DNA from: Eledone cirrhosa
Lineage: Eukaryota
Assembly (NCBI GenBank): GCA_964016885.1
Contig: OZ024743.1
Span: forward strand, 227,106,001 to 227,170,000
Length of the DNA stretch: 64,000 nucleotides
Direction: 5' to 3'
Positions 11,837 through 24,399 of the stretch are shown here, piece by piece. Made by a program: the position numbers and the translations under genes. The notes under the pieces were generated by a model. It was not told where the DNA came from and searched no databases. It saw only the letters and a program-made list of their open reading frames with translations. Positions within the stretch are counted from its first letter, which is position 1; every line of letters begins with the position of its first letter.

Positions 11837-14290
11837 GTAATAATCCAAAGAGGGCTCGATAAGGATAAATATATATCAAATATATAAGAACCGTAGAGCA
11901 AATATTTATTAAAATAACAGATTAAAGTTTAAGCAAAGAATCGCTGCTTTCACCCTTAACGGGATCTTCTGAAACTAACAAAGTCAATCTGTGAACGCAG
12001 AAGTGAATATTTCAAAAAACGTTGCAACCGCAGAAAGACAGGAAGACGATACTTTGGTTCGTGGAAACGTTCCCTGGCAAAGAACGGGAAAAACGAATAT
12101 AATACATCATTATTTGGAGCGATGAAAAACAATTACACGCAAAGACAAAACCACGTTTATGGTATAAAAGAAGTCGTAGACTAATATTCTATTAGGTGGT
12201 TCATAGAGACGTTCTCTGGCAATGAACGAAAAAAACGGAGATAATACGTCATATGTGGAGCGGGGAGAACGATTGCACGCAAAGACAAAACCACGTAAAT
12301 GGTATAACTGAAGTCGTAGACTAAAATTCTAACTAGGAAACCGAATAAGAGTTAAGAATAAAGTAAATAAAATACAGAGGTAATTGAAATTAAATAAATA
12401 CATACACTCATCCATATACGTACATACACAAGCATACGCGAAAACACTCGCCATAGGTATACAATTACACGCACATATAAATATGTGTGTGTGTGTGCGT
12501 GTATACAAAGAATTAAATAAACGTATATAAATAAATAAATACGTATATAACAAGCACACACACATACCTACATGTAAATACACATATGTTCGGAGACGTT
12601 CGTCAACCAAAACACGAAGTACACATATACACACTCTACATATGTACGAAGCCGCACACTCACACAGACGCAAAACTCACGTATACACATAACCAAAAGC
12701 ATATGTACCAGAATATATAAAAAATATACGCCATAACATATACAATCAAATATACGTACGAGAAAGTATACGTACCCTCACAAAACATACAGGTAATATA
12801 TACTTACCTATACAAATAAGTAATGGTATAAACATAACATATACTTAGCTACCACAGCAAGACGTAAAATATCCGCGTATAGATCGTACTATCCGTTAGG
12901 GTATAATGTGGGGCTGTAATACAGGAAAGTTTTGTGCACTTTATGTTTACAAGCCGAAGTTGCCTCAGATTTTCTGTTTAAGAGTGGTCTGTGGCGTAGA
13001 GTATTTCCAGGGCCTCAGTGGCGCAGAGGTAATATGGTCTTTTATTTCCGTTATACGATCTAGCCCTAGCTAGGATCTCCCAGTGTAACTTATATTGGGT
13101 GTGGTTGTTCCTTAGACTCCAGATATAAGCTGAAAGTGACGTCATATTCCTTCTTAGAGGGTAACGAAAAGAATGGGTATGCATGTAAAGACGCTGCTTG
13201 AATCTATTGGCGGTTAACCCTATGTAGGCTCTACGGGACGTGGGTGTTTCAACCTTACATTTGTAGACAATGTTACTAGAGAGGCATTTCCCGGATAGGG
13301 GGCAATCAACCCGATTCCTACAATTACAGTTAGTACTAACTACAGGGTTGCACGTGTTCCTACGGCTAGGTAGTTTAGCTAAATTTGAAGCTGTGATGCT
13401 ATGTGCAAGGTTAGGAGTCGTAGAGTAAGACATTTTAATAGTATTTCTATTAGAAATGTTTCTATATTTATGTGTAGGGTGAAAATGCTTCGTAATGAGG
13501 GATAGAAAGATCTTAGCTAATGTTGTGGCCACCTCCATATTATATGGTGGGTTATACCATATAATGCGACGGGATCTATTTCTTCTAGGTCTATTCTCGT
13601 ACTCTGTATATGCTACCTTATTGACAAATCCACTCCGAGCAAGAGCTTCATCGTAATATTTGAAATGGTCGTTGAAAATATGCTCGTTGGTAGATAGACG
13701 GGAAAGTCTCAAAGAAACGTTTCTTACCAGGTTCTTGGTTATGCTGACAGGATGGTTAGAATGCTTACTCATGTAATTAAGCGTATTATTCAGCTTTCTA
13801 TACGGGTAATACAAGGCATTCGATAAATTTAGGGTAACGTCGAAGTAATTAACGACCGAGAGGTTGGCCTCAACGACTTCAGTTATACCATTTACGTGGT
13901 TTTGTCTTTGCGTGCAATTGTTCTCCACGCTCCACATATGACGTATTATCTTCGTTTTTTCCGTTCATTGCCAGAGAACGTCTCTATGAACCACCTAATA
14001 GAATATTAGTCTACGACTTCTTTTATACCATAAACGTGGTTTTGTCTTATCGTGTAATTGTTTTTCACCGCTCCAAATAATGACGTATTATATTCGTTTT
14101 TTTACCGTTCTTTGCCAGGGAACGTTTCCACGAACCAAAGTATAGTATCGTCTTCCTGTCTTCCTCCGGTTGCAACGTTTTTTGAAATATTCACTTCTGC
14201 GTTCACAGATTGACTTTGTTAGTTTTAGAAGATCCCGTTAAGGGTGAAAGCAGCAATTCTTTGCTTAAACTTTAATCTGTTATTTTAATA
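11837..14290 (-). mobile_element. 5'-truncated Penelope-like element with inverted pseudo-LTR at its 5' end
   Basis: ORF 12978-13937 encodes RT C-terminus plus GIY-YIG. Inverted repeat of about 410 bp (11907-12317 vs 13873-14290); unpaired tail 11837-11906; (TA)n on both sides. Confidence 0.93.
12900..13872 (-). pseudogene. PLE RT-thumb/GIY-YIG ORF with CNC..CPL.GKC linker
   Basis: VNYFDVTLNL...YRK...SNHP...WYNPPY...CNCRNRVDCPLSGKCLSSNIVYKC...AYIGLT...R...H...LC..E. After a frameshift near 12980 it continues LLNRKSEATSACKH. The first 21 or so codons of the track ORF come from the inverted repeat. Confidence 0.9.
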
Positions 14291-14309
14291 TATATATATA
14301 TATATATAG

Positions 14310-14628
14310 GAATAATAATAATATTTATACTTATATATGTTTAATATACAGCTATAATATGCTTATTTTCCAATTTCCACTATTGCTCCTTGTAATTGTG
14401 TTTTCCGAAGCTTTACATTCTTTTTTAACTCCCGATTTTCTGTGACACTGATTGTCTATGGCACTGACAACAGTTATGTATCTACCTAAATGTTCTGAAG
14501 ACTAGGATTTTAATCACCTGCTTAAGCATTCCCTATGCTCCGATGAATCCAGACATCCCTCTGGAAGAAACAATTGTCAGCAAAGAAATGTATTAAACTA
14601 AGATTTGATTGTTTTAATATTTGTATAT
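14310..14628 (+). mobile_element. PLE pseudo-LTR fragment; further copies at 46420-46675 (+) and 43495-43670 (-)
   Basis: Shared CACTGACAACAGTTATGTATCTACCTAAATGTTCTGAAGACTAG with 46527-46570. Contains an HHR. Confidence 0.75.
14536..14582 (+). ncRNA. Minimal type-I hammerhead ribozyme, U4C variant
   Basis: TGCT-CCGATGA-A-TCCAGA CATCCC TCTGGA-A-GAA-ACAATTGT-C-AGCA. GUC triplet, palindromic stem III. Confidence 0.72.
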
Positions 14629-15799
14629 ATAAATATATATATTAGTGTCTTTGGCTTTCGTCGGTCTATCCACCACATGGTAATATTAGGAATATGCCGT
14701 CTTCTTCAATATTCTCTGAGACAAAAAAGAAACCTCTACAAACATCCCCGGTCAGCTAGATATATCTCATAAACACCCTTGAAGTTAAACTGTGGATGGG
14801 ACGTTGTTCATTCGGATTAATGTGATAGTAGAAAAACAATATCTGGACAAAATGATAATTTGGTCGCCAGGCGTGAACATATTTGGGCTTTGATTATAAA
14901 GAACTGCTCGATCGGGCCAGATATAATAGATAAATGGGAATAAAAACAACACCATCAAGATGATGGCATGTCGTATAAACTTTTTCTTTGGAGATAGACT
15001 ACACAATAAAACACATTGTTATATTTCTTCTTTAAATATAGACGTCTAAATAGAACATTGTTATATCTATTATTTCAAAATATTCTCCACAATAAAACAT
15101 CACAACACTATACATCTTCTTTAAAGATAGACTCCTCAATACATAAAACAGTCTTAATAAAGCTAAGAGGAAACATTGGATGATTTAGTTAGTTCAAGAT
15201 ACACCATGTCTAAATAAAAAAAATAATGGAGACAGAATATCTTTAATCATATGTCTTCTCTATCAGTGCTCACCTGAAACTAAAATCTAGGACGACAAGC
15301 TGTATTAACTGCAATAAGACAAAATATGCATTACGCAAAATGTAAGCTAAACGAAAAAAAAATGTTAAAATCATAGAATCATATTTATATATTGAGAATA
15401 GTATATTTGATAAATTTGGATAGTTAAAAAGATATATGATATACCTATATATTTACGATACTAGAATATTCAATTTATAAAATAAAAAATAAAGAATATA
15501 TATATATATATATTAAAACGACGAAAAATTAGGTCGTATCGTATGTCAAAGAAATTCTTTTATTTTAATAGAATTATTCTTGGTTTATTCAATAAATTTA
15601 GAAATATTAGCTGAGATATTTGTTTGACAAGTAAGAAATTCAGTATAGGCCGGAACTGTCAAAATAATTTCATCTAATTGTGTTATACTGTCACACATTT
15701 AAATAACTTCTTCGTTAAATTGCTATAAATATCAAGTCGACTTGCGTTTCATAATTAGGTTATAAGTGAATTATTACACACTACTGGTAGTGATAGAAT

Positions 15800-15856
<57 letters not shown>

Positions 15857-15980
15857 CAGCAGCAGCAGCAGTAGCTCCAATGAGATAATAAGTAGACATG
15901 TGTAGTGTTCAGGTATGTATATATATATATGTGTGTGTGTGTGTGTGCGTGTGTAAATGTATTTATACGGATATATATGA

Positions 15981-16029
<49 letters not shown>

Positions 16030-16094
16030 TGTATGTATGTATGTATATATATATATATAAAATATACATACATACACACACACACACACCACAT

Positions 16095-16126
<32 letters not shown>

Positions 16127-16128
16127 GC

Positions 16129-16178
<50 letters not shown>

Positions 16179-16399
16179 GTATGTATGTGTGTCTGTATGT
16201 ATATATATAATATATATATATATATAACATATATATATATATATAAATGTATGTATGTGCGTCTGTATGTATATATCTATATATATGTACGTATGTATAT
16301 ATCTATATATATATACGTCACTGAAATTTGATAAATCATCCTGAAACACTTGTGTTTGTCATTGTTGGGAGGTTATTGGGGTAATGGACGACAGTCGGA

Positions 16400-16760
16400 C
16401 GCTAACAGATAAGTGAGGTGCTGAATGCATTCGCTATAATAGGTCCATTTAGCGGTAGCTTCATCTCGGTGTACTACTCATTTCTCGTTTCAGTTCTTGT
16501 TTATCTGGAAGTCTCTCAGAGGCACCAGGCGCAGTTGAACGGCATGGATTTACCCTTCAAGATGCAGAACTTCAAACCCACCAACTTGTCTACATAATCC
16601 TTGCTTCTGTTAAAGTTTCGTATTCATTTAAGAAGGTGCTGACCACTTTAGACTCGGAGGTGTTTAGCACTATCACAGTGATGTCATCCGTATATGCTGG
16701 TGGGGCTGTCCCGCGTCCCGATTAACGTAGGATGCCCTTCGTAGTAGTGTCCCGAGAATC
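16400..16760 (-). pseudogene. Old Tx1/L1 RT fragment related to the elements at 47.9-59.6 kb
   Basis: Manual translation gives AYTDDITVIVLNTSESKVVSTFLNEYETLTEARI, then after a stop/frameshift KLVGLKFCILKGKSMP. This aligns with AYADDVTVVVSS...LKEYEAVTGAKINQEKSVGLQLGTWRGKSMP. Confidence 0.8.
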
Positions 16761-17041
16761 AGCACCACAGAAGGGAGGTATGATGACATTCTTGACGAAC
16801 TAAAGATGTAATGTGATTTTGGTCCGTTAAGTTGCAGTATTCAAATACACTCCTTTTTCAATCTTTTCTATATTTCATCTGCCTGTCACCCACCTCATGG
16901 ATTGTCTCTATTTCAACCACTGGCCATTGGTCTCTGTCCTCTGAGACATTTTTTCCCATCGCTGTCTTTGACACAATTTGTCTGTTTTAACGGCTGTTGT
17001 TGCGATGATGTTTCTAATTTTATATATATATATATATAGTA

Positions 17042-17542
17042 CTAGCAGTGGTACCCGGCATTGCACGGGATAAGGTATTTTGAAACGCGGGCCGCTAACA
17101 GACCTAATCGTGGAAGAACTGCATGCCTGGACTATATGTAAAAAAAATAAACCGAATAATCTGATGGCTGGATAATCTTTAAGATTTTTCTCGATGAAGC
17201 AGGAAAAATGTAGGTTTTCACCTAATGTGGGACCTAGGGATCAAGAAAATACATTTTTTTTGTGCATAATATGCCTTGAAATTTCGGTAATATCGGCTGG
17301 ACGTAACACCTCAAAAAACCTCTAAAAAGCTGAAAAAAACATTTTTTCACCTAATGCGGGCTCTAGAGGATAAACAAAGTTGAATTTGTTATGTGCATAA
17401 GACTCCCTGAAACATAAGTAATACACATGTAAAGTTTGAAAAAAATCGGTTGGGTACTTCTTAAGTTTTAGGGATTCAAACTCACAGACACACGCACACA
17501 CACACACACACACAGACATCCTCAGATTTATATATATATAGA
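17042..17542 (-). mobile_element. Non-autonomous Helitron with intact termini
   Basis: Minus strand 5' TCTATATA...; 3' hairpin CCCG TGCAATGC CGGG followed by TACCACTG-CTAG; A/T insertion site. Confidence 0.88.
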
Positions 17543-17609
17543 TTATCATTTTTATTACCCTTAATTTTGTTATTAGTATTATTATGTTGGATTGACAGTG
17601 TCGATGGAC

Positions 17610-17875
17610 AATCGGACAACATGCATTGTGACATATAATTAGGACCCTCACGAAGATGTTTTGTAGGAGACCAAACTTGTGCATGTAAAACTCTCCTCAC
17701 CTATCTTGTCCAAGGGTAAATCATATAACGCACAACTTCACACCTGTGTCGTCGCAACTCATTTTTCTTTCAGCTGACTGGACTGGAGTAATTTAAAATA
17801 AAGTATTATGGGTCGCTCGCACCAGGCATAAAACTAACGACAATACGGTAATGAGGCCAACATTGAACCTATTAT
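17610..17875 (-). mobile_element. Decayed SINE of a second family (related copy at about 37690-37960, +)
   Basis: CTCCAGTC...CAGCTG core seen in both places, preceded by a degenerate tRNA-like head. Confidence 0.45.
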
Positions 17876-18090
17876 ATCAATAAATACTTATTTATTTTCC
17901 TTAAATATACAAAGGTATTACTAGATTAGCAATGTAACTAGTTAGATTCATTTATATTCTAAATTCATATCGCTCAAGTAATAAATATACCAATTATAAT
18001 TCGGCGGTAGACGACATGGATTTCAAATAAATTCTACATTCTATATTTTCGAACAACAACTCTCAGAAAAAATATTCCAAACTCGCGCCA

Positions 18091-18885
18091 ATGTTACGGT
18101 CCTTGCCATTCTGAGTTCAAATCCCGCCGAGGTTAACTTTGCCTTTCATCCTTTCGGGGTCGATAAAATAAAGTACCAGTAATACACTGGGTTTTTGCTG
18201 GCCTTGTGCCAAATGTAGAAACAATTATTATAATGAAATTAAGGGCAGTAGATTGGGAGTATCGATAGAGGATCGGACGCCATGCTTTGTAGCATAGAGT
18301 TACGGCCCTTTAGGATCTGAGTTCAAATCCCGCCGAGGTTAACTTTGCCTTTCATCCTTACAGGGTCGGTAAAATAAAGTACCAGTCACGCACTGGGGTC
18401 GATTTAATCGACTTTCCCCTACCCCCAAATTGCTGGCCTTGTGCCTATATAGGAAACCATTATTATTATGAAATTAAGGGTAGTGGATTGGAAGTATCGA
18501 TAGAGGATCGGACGCCATGCTTTGTAGCATAGAGTTACGACTCTTTAGGATCTGAGTTCAAATCCCGCCGATGTTAACTTTGCCTTTCATCCTTATGGGG
18601 TCGATAAAATAAAGTACCAGTAATGCACTGGGGTCGATTTAATCAACTTTCCTCTCCCCCCAAATTGCTGGCCTTGTGCCTATATATGAAACCATTATTA
18701 TAAAATTAAGGACGGTTGATTGGCAGAATAGTTACAGCATTGGACAAAGATCATTGAGGCATAGAATGACTACACTCTATGCTCTGGTTTCAAATCCTGC
18801 CGAAGTCAATTTTCCCTTCGATAATTATCGATTTTCCCCAAAATTGCTGGCCTTGTGCCAATATCAGAAAGAGTTATTATAATAT
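18091..18885 (+). mobile_element. Head-to-tail array of four SINE copies (family of 6251-6645)
   Basis: Units start at about 18091 (5'-truncated), 18241, 18476 and 18708. Each has a B-box GTTCAAATCC-like motif and an ATTATT tail. Confidence 0.88.
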
Positions 18886-19689
18886 TATCAAAACGTTGGC
18901 AATACATCGCTGAATCTGAAAAATGCAGGATCAAATGCTTTGTAGTATCGGGGTGAGTCGATGAGATAAAGATAGTTACAGTTTCGGTGAGTAGATTGTC
19001 CCACGTGGTAGCATACTTACACAATATTTTTGCTTTTTGAGCCGTGAAAATGAATTCTTGGATGTTCTAAGATAGTATAAGGCTTAATATCTCCGTCCTA
19101 TTTATACAAAGTGTTAATAAATGATATATAAGTTGCTCAATATATCGAGATCGTATACGTTGTTAAAAGCTAAAACTTTTCGAATCTTTTGTCTGAGATT
19201 TACGGCGGCGATTATTCAAACGAATAAAGATGGGAAACAAAGAGACAATATATGAGCAAATAGATTGTAAACACCTAGAAATATGATTAGCTTGAAAGAA
19301 AATACAAAACAAATGTGAAGATAGTGTTAAACAAACAATAATAATGATTAATGCAAATAAAATAAGAATTATGACAAAATTATAGAAAAAAAGAAGCGGA
19401 AAAGCGAGACATGAAGAGAGGCGAAGAGAGTATGATAAAAAAAGGAGAGGAATGAGGGAGAGGGAGTGAGTTGGGGGGAGAGAAAGAAAACATTTAGAAA
19501 ATAGAAAGAAGGGATGGAGAGAGAAGTAAATAGAGATTGTAAATAAAATGTAAGGAGTAATGTATTTAGGTATATTATATGTTATTGTGTTTGCCCCAGT
19601 AATAAGTTTAGGTAGGTAAGTATTGGTCATTGTAGTGGATGTGCCGGTGGTAGAGGCGGCAGGATTACTTTAGAGTGAGGTCTAATAAT

Positions 19690-19775
19690 TGTTTCTACTT
19701 TAGGCACAAGGCCAGCAATTACTGGTACTTTATTTTATCGACCCCGTAAGGATGAAAGGCAAAGTCAACCGCGGC
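19690..19775 (-). mobile_element. 5'-truncated SINE with 13-bp target-site duplication
   Basis: Reverse complement of the SINE core and tail, flanked by GAGGTCTAATAAT at 19677-19689 and 19776-19788. Confidence 0.85.
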
Positions 19776-20196
19776 GAGGTCTAATAATGATCTCGGATTG
19801 ATAACGAATGTATTTTTCTTTTTCGTTCATGTTCTCTCTGTTAGTTGCCATCGAGATAGTCAAAGGGATAGGAACTAACAGGAGAATTTTCTTTTTATCC
19901 CGAGGAGTATTAGCTGGTATCTACATGATGTCTCTCTATATGTTATCTCTTGCACCTTGCTGTGCATGTCAAGTGTGTTTACATTTTTTATGTAATGTCG
20001 GAGTATTATTCAGCTGCCAAAATTATTTTCAAACTAACCCGAATCTTCTTCTTCTTCTTCTTCTTCTTCTTCTTCTTCTTCTTCTTCTTCTTCTTCTTCT
20101 TCTTCTTCTTCTTCTTCTTCTTCTTCTTCTTCTTCTTCTCGTTATTATTAGAATTATTATATATCTTTCTCTCTCAGTATATATTTCACACACACG

Positions 20197-20236
<40 letters not shown>

Positions 20237-20845
20237 GGGTGCGTGTATGTGTGTGCGTGTGTATGTCTGTATATATATATATATATACAACAAACCATAA
20301 AAAGAAGCAAATATATGTTGTTTCAAGTCAAAACGTTTTTCAAGCGAAACACAAATCGTTTAAGTAAACATTAAAATAGAAAACAGAAGTAAAATATTAC
20401 CAGGGTGGATTGGGGTATGACATTGTGCGGGGTGAGGTGTTGTTTGAGGTCAAATAAAATAGGAAAGGATCGAAGTATTGGCAAATTTGATTTACCATTA
20501 GCTAAAGAGTCAGCTATTGAAGAAATATGTGATCTGGGAAATAGAAATACAATTTTCATGTCTGCAGACAAAAAGTTAGATGAAAGATATTTGGTAAGCG
20601 ATAAAAACATCAAAATATCAAATAAGTATAACATCTAATTGTTATTTAATAATGCTGCTGTAAGTTTCGTGTAAAACATCCGTCACACTGGAAACAGTAT
20701 GATAAAAGTGTATGTTTGTTTGTGTGTGTGAATATGAATGTGAGATATAGTTTAGACTTTTCAATATTTCTTTTTTATGTTTCCTAAAATTAAATTTTAA
20801 GTATTGAATGTTCGACTTTGTATCACAAATCAGATTTTATTTGCT

Positions 20846-20920
<75 letters not shown>

Positions 20921-21464
20921 ACGCATAAATCTTGTTATGTAGGTGTTTACATATACTAGAAGCCGGTTGAGTGCTTCATTTTGGCGCGAATTCCTTTGTT
21001 TGAATTAAACCACCAAAACGAGGTGTTATAGTCTGCGAGAGATATTTCCTCTTTTCATTAGAGGCGGAGTGAGGGATTGACATGGACTGCTAGATAGCTT
21101 CTCCATTAGTGATGACTAGCTCACACTGAACAGACCTATCCGATGATTTGGGCAGCCTGCTGAAGATACGTAATTATCTGCTGATTATGCGTGATTCTCT
21201 GAACATTGTGGACGTAATATCTGCATTTGTAAAGTTATATTACACAGAAACCATCGTCCAGGAAATGAATCATTTACATCCATCTCTACCTAATCACGGC
21301 CAACGAGTTTACTGTTAACTAAATGTGCGTACGCTGAACAATTGATTGCAGTCGCATTACTGCAATTCGCCAGATTCATTGAGTGAGCTAGACGCTGGCC
21401 GTAGGACGCTGAATTTTTACCAGCGATCATCGCTACTTGTATTACACACACACACGTATATATA

Positions 21465-21497
<33 letters not shown>

Positions 21498-21640
21498 GGG
21501 TTGACGGACCCAGCATATTTATTAATGCCAGTACCGGTTGTATCTCAGCGAACTCCCTGGGCAATGCAAGATACATTACCAGATTATACACATTGTTATT
21601 TGCTTCAACACAAGACACGTAAAACGGGTGCCTATAAGGT

Positions 21641-21753
21641 TCTCGGACTCGAGTTTCTGCCGCACTAATGCAGCAGTAAGGTGCACTGCACCATCTGTCT
21701 GCATAGATTATGCAACAATGCACAATCGTCTTATGCGGCTTCATCAGCGGGTA
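21641..21753 (-). ncRNA. Type-I hammerhead ribozyme with long stem II, in a cassette at about 21495-21797
   Basis: Minus strand: TACCCG-CTGATGA-A-GCCGCA...(about 65 nt)...TGCGGC-A-GAA-ACTCGAGT-C-CGAGAA. Stem I is partly decayed. Confidence 0.65.
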
Positions 21754-21794
21754 TCGCCTAATCAATAACCAATCGATCGATAGAATCCTAATAT

Positions 21795-21879
<85 letters not shown>

Positions 21880-21884
<5 letters not shown>

Positions 21885-22432
21885 ATATTAAGGATACTAT
21901 TTATAGTTATGTATATTTTAAAATGTTTACAGTTATGTATATTTTAAACTATAAACAGGGAAGGTCAGTAATTTATTACTACCTTATTTCCAGTAAGATA
22001 AATAGCTCAATGTAATAACATCAGTTGTTCTACAGAGCAGTTAAATAGAATTCACAAGAATCAAAGCTATGTTCAAAGCATTTATTCACTTACAATTGTT
22101 TCATCCAAACCTAGGCTTGGAGTCTTCGGAGCATTTTTCAATGCTTGTACATATAATTGACCTCCTATCCAACGCAAGAGACATACAGATACATATATAT
22201 ATATATATCGATGTACAGTGGAGTGACAGATATTATACTATACTATATTTGTACAGCAATTCAAATTTAAAATCAAAATCAAAATCAAAATTAAAATTAA
22301 AATTAAAATAGATGCGGCAGATAACACAGATAATGTAAGAGGTTAGTTTGATACCAAGCCTAGGTTTGGATGAAACAATTGTAAGTGAATAAATGCTTTG
22401 AACATAGCTTTGATTCTTGTGAATTCTATATA
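21880..22432 (-). mobile_element. PLE pseudo-LTR remnant with inverted terminal copy
   Basis: Inverted repeat at about 22044-22120 vs 22354-22432; contains an HHR. Confidence 0.72.
22087..22134 (-). ncRNA. Minimal type-I hammerhead ribozyme, U4C variant
   Basis: Minus strand: ATGCT-CCGAAGA-C-TCCAAGCC TA GGTTTGGA-T-GAA-ACAATTGT-A-AGTG. Confidence 0.68.
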
Positions 22433-23541
22433 TATTTATATATATACATGGCTGTATATGGACTTTTTGATCTGGAAGAAGGTGTTGCATATGATATCAG
22501 GGACTAGCTCGTGGATATCTGCTGTATTGAGGACCAGGTAATTGAGCTTGTTTGAAGTGATAATCCCGTATCATTACCGGAAGCTACACACATAGATCAA
22601 AGAACACATGACCATGATTGCTCCCTCTAGAGAAATGCCACACCCGAGCTATTGAGGTGATTGTGGGAGTCAATGAGCATATTCCAAACATCGACTACCC
22701 GAAGCAGACTTGCACTTATAGCTGTGCATGTCATGTCTCCACTGACAAAGGAAAAGTTCATGGGAACGAATACGTTTCGTTTTTTTGTTGATTTTGTTTT
22801 GTTCATCATTTGAAAAAGACATAAACTTTTTCGTATCACGAAATATGTCGTTAAATATATTGGGATTTTGTTTACCCTATTCCTGTTCTCGCCTATTTCT
22901 AATAGCATTGTTTTGCCAACACTCCATGTATTACACATACAAAGACACACAAACACGTATACGCACACACACATATACATGCATGCAGACTTACACACAC
23001 ATATATGTACATATCAAAATTCTTTCTTATTATATCAATCGTAAAACTAACAATATATTTCTTCATTGTACTGTGTCGTTTGGGTTGTTATTTCTGTTTG
23101 CCTTTTTCATATATATATATGTGTGTGTGGACACCATTTCTGAATTGGGGGTGGTGGTGCCACTTTGGACAATTTAGTTGTAGTGATTATCTTATCTCTT
23201 TGCACTCTAAAATGGTTAGAAAACTTGGATATGTAATAAACATAACATGTACCTAAATCGTAGCGCTTATACAAGTAAATGTGTGTTTTGGTAGTTTGGG
23301 GAGAAAATATCATTATTGGAGGGGAGCAGCTCCCAACCAACAATCCCCCACCCGCCAGTTCCACAAGCACTGTATATATATATATATAATAAACAAATAA
23401 TATTCTATGAGCTGTTTCTTAAGGCGTTAATATATCGAGCGGCCTCGCATTTGTTAAGAAACTGATATTATACGCAATTTATGCATCTTATATGCAATTT
23501 ATGCATCTTATATTTATGCATATATATATATATATATATAG

Positions 23542-23595
<54 letters not shown>

Positions 23596-23682
23596 ATGCT
23601 CTGTAACCTACATAGATCACTCTTTTTTCCTGGACCTTTCCGACAGAATTACTTCATTTATATATATATATATGTGTGTGTG

Positions 23683-23760
<78 letters not shown>

Positions 23761-24399
23761 CACAATGATAAGGAGCGAAAGGAGCTGTTTGGTTACTTAA
23801 AGCAAGGTTTAGGATGGTGGTTAGGACGAAACAAGAGGAGAAAAAATAAAGAATCCTTCGTCAGCTGTAATCCGCGATCCAGATGTTTCGGCGCTTATTT
23901 ACAGGACATCTGTAGCGATTTGGTGCGCCCGAGGCCTTTTCATAATCAAAAAGCCAGGAGGAAAAGAAGAGAAAAAGGAAGGAAAAAGAAAGAAAAGCTA
24001 TTGGTAAGCTTTGTTACTCTAAAGTTTCAACTGCGCACACAAAGGATCACCAGTCTTGTCTGGTGAGTACGCATGTGCGACTCCAGAGTAACAAAGCTTA
24101 TCCATAATATTTAAACTCTAATTTGGTATTGAGTTTCATTCTTACGTCCGTCAATAATTCACGTACTTTCAGGGGTTGAATAATCTTCCCCGCCATTTAC
24201 TTATTTATTTGTCAGATGCCCCACCGCTTATTAAATTTTACTAATCTATCTCCGGCGAAATTTTATTGTACGTGATTCATATTGATACAGCAGATGGAGA
24301 ATCTATTAATTTTATTTTACATTAAAAATATTTATATATTACAAGAAAACATTACAAGATATCCCATATTTACGAAGGTACACTTGATATGCCAAGATC

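Noticed and set aside
11907-12900. Possible selenoprotein-type PLE (SECIS in the 3' UTR)
   Set aside because: No in-frame TGA at Cys positions in the surviving ORF, and no ATGA..AA..GA motif with SECIS spacing found by eye.
11907-14290. Could be read as a DNA transposon with 410-bp TIRs
   Set aside because: The interior encodes PLE RT/GIY-YIG, one arm cuts into the ORF, and a one-sided tail is present.
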